A stretch of 64,000 nt of DNA. Origin: Gammaproteobacteria bacterium (GTDB lineage Bacteria; Pseudomonadota; Gammaproteobacteria; JACKNK01). This document shows positions 29,626-37,648 of this stretch, one piece after another. The notes under the pieces are model-generated. The model made no database searches and was not told the DNA's origin. It was given only the letters and a program-made list of their open reading frames with translations. How positions within the stretch are numbered: position 1 is the stretch's first letter; each line of letters begins with the position of its first letter. Where the stretch lies: contig JACKNK010000006.1 in NCBI GenBank assembly GCA_024234955.1, positions 204,782 through 268,781 of the forward strand, given 5' to 3'. Both the position numbers and the translations under genes were made by a program.

Positions 29626-30809
29626 TCGTTTTCGGTTTCCTCAAGTTGTTGCAGGGTATCGAGCCAGTTCTGGGTGGTGCCGCGCAGGCGCTCGCAGAGA
29701 ATCACCGACAGATTCAGCAGCACCGGGGCAACGATTTCCGGCATCTTTTTCAAGGCGCGCTTGATGAAGGACTGGGTCAGGATCAGCAGTTCCATATCGG
29801 TATTGGCCACCACCTGGGCGGTGCGCGGCGTCTTGGCGACGAACGCGATCTCGCCGAACACCTGACCAGGACCGACCACCGCCAGGGAATGGCGTTTGCC
29901 ATCCGCATCCCGCCCCCAGACCTCGGCGACGCCATCGAGCACGACGAACATCTCGTTACCGATGTCCCCCGGACGGATGATGATCTCACCCGCCTTGCAG
30001 GGCAGCACCGTACCGGAATCCAGAAAGGCCCGCGCCTGCACTTCGTCCAGGCCTTTGAGCAGGCCGATGCCTTCGCGCGGATCGACATGCAGGCGGTCTT
30101 CCATCAAGGCCCAGAACCCATCGGTATCGACCAGGCGCTTGTTGATATGGACGGCATGCGCCGGGAATTCCGCGATAAACCATGCGGTCCCGGTCGCATC
30201 CGCCGGCAGTTTGCGGGCCTCGCGCCAGAACGGGGAGCGCACCGCCCTCATGTGTTCGATGTCCTCGGCCATGAACACCAGCGGGACGTGGTAGCCGGCA
30301 TCCTTGTCCATGAAGCCATCGGCGTAACGGCGATACCCGAGCTGCTCGTAAAACTCGACCAGGGACGGGGTGCAATTGCAGAAATCGAAACGCACGCCGT
30401 TTTCGCGGGCGAAGCGGAATATGGCCGCGAGCAACGCGGCGAGAACCGTGGACCCGCGCCAGTCCGGCGCCACCATCAGGCGAGAGGTCATGGACAGGGA
30501 TTTCGCGGGAAATTCGGCCCAATGTTCGAGCTGATAAATCCGGTTCCAGTACGCATCGAAGCCGGTCTCACCCGCGAGATTGATGCGCACCGTGGCCACA
30601 ATCTCTTCCCCGGCGGCGGCATAAAGCAGGGTCGCTTCATCGTCCAACGGGTCGTAAAGTCGCTTGCCCGCATGGTCGGCGTAGCTCGGGCGTTTGCCCA
30701 TTTCTTCTACGTAAACCGCATAGCGAAACCGATAAATACGCTCCCGCTCCGCTTCCGTAGCGGCAACCTGAATCTCAGGCCGGACGAGATTATCGATGGA
30801 TTCGTTCAC
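29622..30809 (-). CDS. Autoinducer-synthase-like N-acyl amino acid synthase (GNAT) fused to a C-terminal cNMP-binding domain
   Basis: N-terminal half RIYRFRYAVYVEEMGKRP…FCNCTPSLVEFYEQLGYRRY resembles LuxI/FeeM-type acyltransferases (exosortase-associated N-acyl amino acid synthase family). C-terminal half …PGQVFGEIAFVAKTPRTAQVVANTDMELLIL… is a cNMP-binding domain. 395 aa. Confidence 0.6.
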   Translation of the reverse strand: MNESIDNLVRPEIQVAATEAERERIYRFRYAVYVEEMGKRPSYADHAGKRLYDPLDDEATLLYAAAGEEIVATVRINLAGETGFDAYWNRIYQLEHWAEFPAKSLSMTSRLMVAPDWRGSTVLAALLAAIFRFARENGVRFDFCNCTPSLVEFYEQLGYRRYADGFMDKDAGYHVPLVFMAEDIEHMRAVRSPFWREARKLPADATGTAWFIAEFPAHAVHINKRLVDTDGFWALMEDRLHVDPREGIGLLKGLDEVQARAFLDSGTVLPCKAGEIIIRPGDIGNEMFVVLDGVAEVWGRDADGKRHSLAVVGPGQVFGEIAFVAKTPRTAQVVANTDMELLILTQSFIKRALKKMPEIVAPVLLNLSVILCERLRGTTQNWLDTLQQLEETENE

Positions 30810-30847
30810 AAGGGCTCCGCATCAATGTCGAGAAATACGCACCGGAT

Positions 30848-30864
30848 TGTAATAAACAGTTACT
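30848..30864. promoter_or_regulatory. Imperfect inverted repeat TGTAA-N7-TTACT in the divergent promoter region; candidate regulator operator
   Basis: Lies in an AT-rich 120-bp intergenic region between the two divergent operons. Half-sites are reverse complements apart from the last base. Confidence 0.2.
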
Positions 30865-30929
30865 TTCTTGATCGCTGTCCGCATCGTATTCTTACCCGAC
30901 TCAGAGTTTCTGTTCCAAGTCATTGATAA

Positions 30930-32249
30930 ATGAAACGTCTTCTTTCCCTGACGCTTTTCGTCACCTGTTTGTCAACCACCACCCCAGGTGTGGCCGGCAT
31001 TGTCGAAGACATCCAAAAGCTATTCCAATCGGGAGATGCCGCCGGTGCTTACGCGCTTGGACAGCAACACCTGCTGGCGCTGGAGGGAGATCCGGCCTTC
31101 GACTACGAATACGGTGTGGCCGCCATTGATGCAGGCCATTACAGCCAAGGGGTATTTGCGCTCGAACGTGTGCTGCTGCAGACGCCAAATGATCACCGTA
31201 CCCGCCTTGAGCTCGCACGCGGCTATTTCTTGCTGGAACAGTTTGATCGGGCGCGCAAGGAATTCGAAACCGTGCTGGCATCGGAGCCCCCCCAAAGCGT
31301 GGCGGAAAATATCCAGCGCTTCCTCAACATCATCCGAATCCAGGAAGGCCGATACAAATCCACGGCCAGCCTCACCCTGGATCTTGATCGCGGCTGGGAC
31401 AGCAACGTCAACAGCGCGCCCTTCAGCCCAAACTTCGAGTCCCCCGTGCTTGGCCCAGGCACTCTGGCGGCTGGGTCCACCCAACTCGGTGATTATTACA
31501 CTGAGGCCAATGTCGGAACGTCGCTGACCATCCCGGTTTCACCAGGCCGTTACATCGGTGCGGCTTTCGACATCCATCACCGCAGCAACGATCAGCGGGA
31601 TCTGTTTGATACCGACGCACAGACCCTGACCCTGTCCCTCACCGACAATGTCGACACCCTGCAGACCCGCTTCGCTTTCCGTGCGCAGAACTACGAGCTC
31701 GACCACAGCACCTACCGAACCTTGGGCAGCCTTTCCGTCGACGCGCGTCAAACACTCAGTGCGGACACCCAGATCACCGGGTTCCTCAGTTTGGCGAGCC
31801 AACATTACCCTGGGGGAGATGTTCGCGACTCACACCTGATGAACGCAGGTATCGGCGTCATTCACGCCTTGCCGCTTCCGGGTAAACCAGTCGCCTTTGC
31901 CACCGCGTACATTGGTCAGGAAACGCCCCGCCAGAACAACACCGACGCTGATGTGGTGGCCAATCGAGCGATCAAGGGACTGAGCGGTGGGATCCAATGG
32001 ACGCTTGGACCCTCGACCAGTCTGACAGCTACGCTCGCATGGCAGAACAGCCGCTATGCAGGCGAGAGCCCGATCTTTCTCGCCCGTCGCGAGGACGATT
32101 TTGGCAGTGCCGGCGTCACCCTCAAACACCTGCTTGATGACCGATGGAGTCTCAGTGCGGAATTGAGCACCTCCACCAACGACTCCAATTTCGCGATCAA
32201 CAAATACGACCGTGATGTGGTCAACATGAACTTGCGTTACGAGTACTGA
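30930..32249 (+). CDS. Outer-membrane protein with N-terminal TPR-like domain and C-terminal beta-barrel (DUF560 / Slam-like surface-protein translocon)
   Basis: Signal peptide MKRLLSLTLFVTCLSTTTPGVAG. TPR-like helices. Alternating amphipathic strands. C-terminal …MNLRYEY with an aromatic last residue. Confidence 0.5.
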   Translation: MKRLLSLTLFVTCLSTTTPGVAGIVEDIQKLFQSGDAAGAYALGQQHLLALEGDPAFDYEYGVAAIDAGHYSQGVFALERVLLQTPNDHRTRLELARGYFLLEQFDRARKEFETVLASEPPQSVAENIQRFLNIIRIQEGRYKSTASLTLDLDRGWDSNVNSAPFSPNFESPVLGPGTLAAGSTQLGDYYTEANVGTSLTIPVSPGRYIGAAFDIHHRSNDQRDLFDTDAQTLTLSLTDNVDTLQTRFAFRAQNYELDHSTYRTLGSLSVDARQTLSADTQITGFLSLASQHYPGGDVRDSHLMNAGIGVIHALPLPGKPVAFATAYIGQETPRQNNTDADVVANRAIKGLSGGIQWTLGPSTSLTATLAWQNSRYAGESPIFLARREDDFGSAGVTLKHLLDDRWSLSAELSTSTNDSNFAINKYDRDVVNMNLRYEY

Positions 32250-32260
32250 CGCTCGTCTCA

Positions 32261-34474
32261 ATGTCCCGTCAACGTCTCGTCCGACTCCTGCTCAGCCTTG
32301 CAATCACCGCGCTCTTCGCTATTCACGCGATGGGCGCCCGTAGCCTGCCCTTCATCGAACAACTGGAACGCTGGGGCTACGACCTGCGCCTGATCGCCAC
32401 ACTCAAGGGTGGCATCGACAAACGCATCGTGATTGTCGACGTCGACGAAGCCAGCCTCGCTGAGGTCGGGCACTGGCCCTGGCCACGCGACACCCTGGCG
32501 CAACTACTGGACCAATTATTCGCGCACTACCAGATTTACATTCTCGGCATGGATATGGTTTTCGCCGAGGCTGAAGGCAAATCCGTCCTCTACGAGCTGG
32601 ACCGCCTCGCAACCGGCCCCCTCTCAGGCCAGCCCGGGTTTATCGAGGCCTACCACACCTTGCGCCCAGGACTTGAGCATGATCGCCTGTTCGCGGAAGC
32701 CATCGGTCGGGGGTTTGTCGTCACTGGCTTCTCCGCCTCACAGCGCCCCGGCACACATGGCGCCTTGCCGATCCCCTTGGTCAGCCCGGTGCCACCCGAT
32801 ATTGATGCCCTGCCACTGTTTGAACGCTATGGCGTCACCGGCAACCTTGCCGAGATCCAATCGGCAGCCGTTGGCGGGGGCTTCTTTGACAACCCTGCGT
32901 TTGACCCGGACGGCGTCTATCGCGGTGTGCCGCTGGTCTACAAGCACGCGAATGCCCTATACAGCTCCCTGACACTGTCCATGCTGCGGGCGATGCTCGG
33001 CGACCCGCCGGTTGAGCTGGAATATGGCGATCCCCGAAATTCGGAACTCGATTCAATCCGGATTGGCGAAATCCGCATCCCGGTCAATCAACAGGGAATC
33101 GCCTTGGTCCCCTATCAAGGCCGCACCCCCGCATTCCGCTATGTATCGGCTGCGGATGTGCTCACTGGCCGCACCCCTGAGGAAGTCCTCGACAACGTCG
33201 TAGTGATCCTGGGTACCACCGCTCCCGGCCTTTACGACCAACGCACCACACCAATGCAGTCGAATTATCCCGGGGTAGAGGTGCATGCAAACCTGCTCGC
33301 CGGATTGATGAATGAAATGCAGGCAGACACCGCATTGCACAGCATCCGTCACCGGCCCGGCTGGACAGTTGCTTACGATTTGGTGTTGGTACTCGCTCTT
33401 GGTCTCATCCTCTCATTGACGCTCCCCTGGTGGGGGCCAGCATCCGGCATCTCCCTGGTATTGGCACTCGGAGCCGGTCTGATCGGCGGCAATCTCTACG
33501 CCTGGCAGACGCACAACATGGTATTGCCGTTGGCAGGACAGCTGTTACTTCTGTTGACACTTCTGCTTTTCCATAGCGCCTACGGGTACCTAATCGAAGC
33601 CCGCAACAAACGCCGTATCGGTCGCCTGTTCGGGCAATACGTGCCGCCCGAAATCGTGGGTGAAATGAGCAAGCATCACAGCAGTTTCGGCATTGGCGGT
33701 GAATCGAGGGAAATGACCGTGCTGTTCTCCGATGTGCGCGGCTTCACCACGGTTTCTGAAGGGCTCGCACCGGATCAGCTCACTGCACTGATGAATGCGT
33801 TCCTCACGCCTCTGACCGGCGTCATACATAGCCATCGCGGCACCATCGACAAGTACATGGGTGACGCGATCATGGCCTTCTGGGGTGCCCCTCTGGATAA
33901 CCCCGCACACGCCTCGCTGGCAGTAGAGGCCGCACTAGCGATGCAGAGCCGCGTGCGCGAACTGGACACACAATTCAAGGCTCGAGGCTGGCCGGCGCTG
34001 GCCATCGGCATCGGTCTCAACACCGGTCATATGAACGTGGGCAACATGGGGTCGGAGTTTCGCATGGCATATACCGTGCTTGGCGATGCGGTAAACCTCG
34101 GCTCGCGTCTCGAAGGTCTGACCAAGTTTTATGGCGTCGGCATCATTGTCAGCGCGAGCACCCAAGACGCAGCAACGGGTTTCGTTTATCGCGAACTGGA
34201 TCGGGTCCGGGTCAAAGGCAAACACGAACCGGTGGCGATTTTCGAACCACTGGGTTCGGTTGACAGCATCGCTGAAGAGCGCGCCGCCGAGTTGGATTTG
34301 TGGAACCGCGCATTGACGGCTTACCGAGGCCAGAATTGGGCGAAAGCCCTGGAAACGCTGGATCGACTGGCTGATGACCGCCTGACCGAGATCTACCGCA
34401 TGCGCATCGAACAACTGTCAACGCAAACGCTGCCCGACGACTGGGACGCCGTATTCGAGCATCAGAGCAAATAG
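32261..34474 (+). CDS. CHASE2 sensor-domain class III adenylate/guanylate cyclase
   Basis: Periplasmic CHASE2-like region between an N-terminal TM helix and three further TM helices. Cyclase core FSDVRGFTT…DKYMGDAIMAFWG…YTVLGDAVNLGSRLE. Confidence 0.8.
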   Translation: MSRQRLVRLLLSLAITALFAIHAMGARSLPFIEQLERWGYDLRLIATLKGGIDKRIVIVDVDEASLAEVGHWPWPRDTLAQLLDQLFAHYQIYILGMDMVFAEAEGKSVLYELDRLATGPLSGQPGFIEAYHTLRPGLEHDRLFAEAIGRGFVVTGFSASQRPGTHGALPIPLVSPVPPDIDALPLFERYGVTGNLAEIQSAAVGGGFFDNPAFDPDGVYRGVPLVYKHANALYSSLTLSMLRAMLGDPPVELEYGDPRNSELDSIRIGEIRIPVNQQGIALVPYQGRTPAFRYVSAADVLTGRTPEEVLDNVVVILGTTAPGLYDQRTTPMQSNYPGVEVHANLLAGLMNEMQADTALHSIRHRPGWTVAYDLVLVLALGLILSLTLPWWGPASGISLVLALGAGLIGGNLYAWQTHNMVLPLAGQLLLLLTLLLFHSAYGYLIEARNKRRIGRLFGQYVPPEIVGEMSKHHSSFGIGGESREMTVLFSDVRGFTTVSEGLAPDQLTALMNAFLTPLTGVIHSHRGTIDKYMGDAIMAFWGAPLDNPAHASLAVEAALAMQSRVRELDTQFKARGWPALAIGIGLNTGHMNVGNMGSEFRMAYTVLGDAVNLGSRLEGLTKFYGVGIIVSASTQDAATGFVYRELDRVRVKGKHEPVAIFEPLGSVDSIAEERAAELDLWNRALTAYRGQNWAKALETLDRLADDRLTEIYRMRIEQLSTQTLPDDWDAVFEHQSK

Positions 34475-34476
34475 CC

Positions 34477-37167
34477 ATGAGCCATACATCATCCTTGAAA
34501 CCCCAGCTCATCCCGCCAGCCACTGTGGCCTGGCTGGGGCTGGTCGTGGTCGCCATGTTGCTGCTGGTATCACCGACATGGGCGGCTGAACCGATCGGAA
34601 AACTGATTGTCGCAGCGGGCAAGATTGAGGCCCTTGGCGTGGACGGCAAAGTCCGACGTCTGCGTCGCCAGGCCGAAATCTACAAGGGCGACACCCTGAT
34701 CACCGGCGGAGATGTGTTCGCGCAATTGCGCTTCAAGGATGGGGCATTGATCGCGCTGCGTCCAGACACCGAGTTCACCATCGAGGACTACCGCTTCGAC
34801 GGTGCCGAGGATGGCAGTGAACGCGCCATCTTCAAGCTGATCAAGGGCGGCTTCCGCACCATTACCGGCGCGATCGGCCACAAGAACAAGGAGAACTACC
34901 AGGTCTCCACCCCAGTCGCGACCATCGGCATCCGTGGCACCCACTATGGTGTCCGTCAGGTTACCCCTGAGCTCGCCGCGCAACGGCGGCAAGCTGGGGA
35001 GGACATTCAGCCCGGGTTATATGGCGGCGTCGTTGACGGAGAAATTGCTGTCCGCAACGGCGGTGGCGAAAATACCTTCGGCAATGATCGTTACTTCTAT
35101 GTGGCCAGCCCCGATGCCGCACCAGAGACCCTGATTGCGCCGCCCGGCGTGGTCTTCGATGAGGACGCCTCCAAACAGGCGGACAACCAGGACGACAATG
35201 CGGCGGATGGCGACAATCAGGGACAGGACGACACTCAGCAAGCACAGGGCAATGGGGACGACCAACAGGGCGATGGAGAAGGGACGGAAACCGCGCAGGG
35301 TGGGGCAGAAGGCGATGGCGCCTCTGCGGACCAGCAAGCGGGCGTCGAGGATGGGAATGGCGATACGACAGGTGACGGGGGCGAACCGGTCGGATCAGTC
35401 GCCGGCGATAGCACTAGCTCATCGAGCGATTCCGGCACCAGCTCGCGCACGGGCAATAGCACAGGCACCGGACCGTTAAGCAGCGCACTGGTGGTATCGA
35501 TCAATCCGGACACCAGCACCCTGCCAACGACTCTCAATAACAACGTCGTGCTGAGCACGTCGACCGAGAGCGTATTCACGTCCAACGAAACCGTGACGGT
35601 GAGCCAGGCCACCTCATCCTCGTTCACCCGGGCACCGGTGGGTGCCGGGGTGTCGCTGGCTTTCATTGATCGGCAAACCAGCCGCCTGGAACTGATAAGC
35701 AGTGTGCTTACCGACAACGGAACCGATAACTTTGCGATTTTTTACGACGTTGGAAGCAAGGACAACATTCAGGTCAAACAAGCTCGGACCCAAGGTTCCG
35801 GGGAATCCAATCAGACCCAGACGCATGCCTTCAATTTCGGTACTGCCACACTCGCGGAATTCGGGAAAGACGCTGCAAGCGGTGCCAGCTGGGGGCGTTG
35901 GTCTGGCGACTATGTCGTGACCACCGATGGCGCGAACAACGATCCGGTGACAGATCTTCACTTCGTGTATTCGCCCAGCCAGGCATCTTCCGCGACGATT
36001 TCCGCAGCCTCGAGCCGTGCCGAGCCAATCACTTTGTTTGACAAGATCAGCGACGCCACTACCGCCCCCACGGACCTTAACGGTAACGTCGGCAGTTACG
36101 AGTACTTTCTCGTTGGCATCAACTTCGCCACGCAAAAGCTCGTCGGGTACGAGGTCAAAGCCACTGTCGGCGGGGCAACCTATCAGGTCGAACTGCAGAA
36201 TGATCTGGCGCTTGCCGACGTTCTCAAAGATCAAAGTGCACAACTGACGGGCAAATGCACCGGTTGCGGAACCAGCACCAGCGTCACTTTGACCGGTGAT
36301 GGTTCGGTCATGTTCATCGACGATGCACTGAGTTACATCGGCGCCAGCTATTCACTTCGCGACAACAGCAGCAGCTACGGCATCGCCGGTGCTGCCGTAC
36401 TGCAGAGTGCGTTGACTCGGACCCAAGAGGTTAATGCCCCAAGCGGAGCAACCGCCCTCACCGCGTTTATCAGCGTGGACAGCAATTCCACCAAGAAGCG
36501 GGAAATTCAAGCCACCGTCCAGAATGGCACTACGAATTTGGTCAAGACCGCCACCGTGAACTCCGTCGGCAACGTCGTCACAAACACCATACAAGGCGCA
36601 AACACCAGCACAGAGAGTCGTTTCGAATCGAACCGTGCCTTCCTGACGGATACCGGTGGAAACACCGTCGGTGTCAACTGGGGGCGCTGGCAGGATGGCT
36701 GGAGCACCAAGATTTCAGGCGTCAACTCCGGTTCGGCGGGGCACGCCCATTTCATCTATTCAGACAAAGTCACCAATACCGCGAATTATCCCGCGCTCTC
36801 CTCGGCCTCATTCACATATCTGGGCGGAACATCCCCGACCGACGAGCTGGGACGGACAGGAAGTATCACCTCGGCAACGATGAGCGTGGATTTCCTCTCG
36901 CAATCCATCACTTCCTACAACATAAACGCGACCACTCCGGGAAGAACCTGGGCGCTCAACTCCACAACCACGACAAGCTTCGTCAGCGCCAAGAGCGGCA
37001 ACATGGCTCTCACCGGAACATGTACAGGTTGTAGCACAACGCCGGTAGTGGGTAGCGCGTCCACCGAATTCGTCGGCAACAACGCAAGCCATGCAATAAG
37101 CAGTTTTGGCGGCTCGATCGCCGACAACAGCAATCAGATTGTCGGCACCGCGTTGTTCAAGCGCTGA
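34477..37167 (+). CDS. Large secreted surface protein: N-terminal FecR domain, acidic low-complexity linker, Ser/Thr-rich region and two tandem roughly 260-aa C-terminal repeats
   Basis: Signal peptide. FecR-like GDTLITGGDVFAQLRFKDGALIALRPDTEF…GTHYGV. D/Q/G-rich linker at 35160-35420. Repeats start at SWGRWSGDY (about 35887) and NWGRWQDGW (about 36676). Each repeat ends with a C…TGxCTGC block. The protein ends …IVGTALFKR. Confidence 0.7.
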   Translation: MSHTSSLKPQLIPPATVAWLGLVVVAMLLLVSPTWAAEPIGKLIVAAGKIEALGVDGKVRRLRRQAEIYKGDTLITGGDVFAQLRFKDGALIALRPDTEFTIEDYRFDGAEDGSERAIFKLIKGGFRTITGAIGHKNKENYQVSTPVATIGIRGTHYGVRQVTPELAAQRRQAGEDIQPGLYGGVVDGEIAVRNGGGENTFGNDRYFYVASPDAAPETLIAPPGVVFDEDASKQADNQDDNAADGDNQGQDDTQQAQGNGDDQQGDGEGTETAQGGAEGDGASADQQAGVEDGNGDTTGDGGEPVGSVAGDSTSSSSDSGTSSRTGNSTGTGPLSSALVVSINPDTSTLPTTLNNNVVLSTSTESVFTSNETVTVSQATSSSFTRAPVGAGVSLAFIDRQTSRLELISSVLTDNGTDNFAIFYDVGSKDNIQVKQARTQGSGESNQTQTHAFNFGTATLAEFGKDAASGASWGRWSGDYVVTTDGANNDPVTDLHFVYSPSQASSATISAASSRAEPITLFDKISDATTAPTDLNGNVGSYEYFLVGINFATQKLVGYEVKATVGGATYQVELQNDLALADVLKDQSAQLTGKCTGCGTSTSVTLTGDGSVMFIDDALSYIGASYSLRDNSSSYGIAGAAVLQSALTRTQEVNAPSGATALTAFISVDSNSTKKREIQATVQNGTTNLVKTATVNSVGNVVTNTIQGANTSTESRFESNRAFLTDTGGNTVGVNWGRWQDGWSTKISGVNSGSAGHAHFIYSDKVTNTANYPALSSASFTYLGGTSPTDELGRTGSITSATMSVDFLSQSITSYNINATTPGRTWALNSTTTTSFVSAKSGNMALTGTCTGCSTTPVVGSASTEFVGNNASHAISSFGGSIADNSNQIVGTALFKR

Positions 37168-37521
37168 TTACCAGCTGAACAGCTTCCACATGGTTGGCAC
37201 CATGTCCTGCATGTTGCCCATCCGGCGCTGGTCGAGTCGCCCATCGCCGTCGGTATCGACGATATAGTAGGCGGGACCGATCGATGGGGTCACGCGGACC
37301 ATGTAAACCCGGCCGTTCTGCTTGTATTCCTCAATCCGTGCCGGCCCCTGGGGTGTCTGGATGATGCGCACGTCGGCAGGCGCGATCTGCGACGACTCTT
37401 CCGGGATGTCTGCAGGCATCGGCGGCGGGATTTCCGGCTCCGGAAATTGCGGGACAGGCGATGCTGCGAACACCGTCGCAGTAAACATCATGGCAGGCAG
37501 GGCAAGGCTCAAACGACGCAT
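37168..37521 (-). CDS. DUF2782-like periplasmic protein
   Basis: 117 aa. Signal peptide MRRLSLALPAMMFTATVFA. Convergent with the surface-protein gene with zero gap. Confidence 0.5.
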   Translation of the reverse strand: MRRLSLALPAMMFTATVFAASPVPQFPEPEIPPPMPADIPEESSQIAPADVRIIQTPQGPARIEEYKQNGRVYMVRVTPSIGPAYYIVDTDGDGRLDQRRMGNMQDMVPTMWKLFSW

Positions 37522-37648
37522 GGCGGTTTTCCCGATGTGGCAGGCTAAGTTCCCTTAGCGTCCTCAACCCCGGGCGGTTTGTCCAGCCTCGAACACAAGC
37601 GGGACGCGCAACGGGCATAATGACCGCCTCGAAATTCGCAGGCCCGTC

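Noticed and set aside
35160-35420. Possible nucleotide tandem repeat or CRISPR-like array in the acidic region of the 896-aa gene
   Set aside because: The periodicity is at the amino-acid composition level (D/Q/G/N-rich). There are no exact nucleotide direct repeats.
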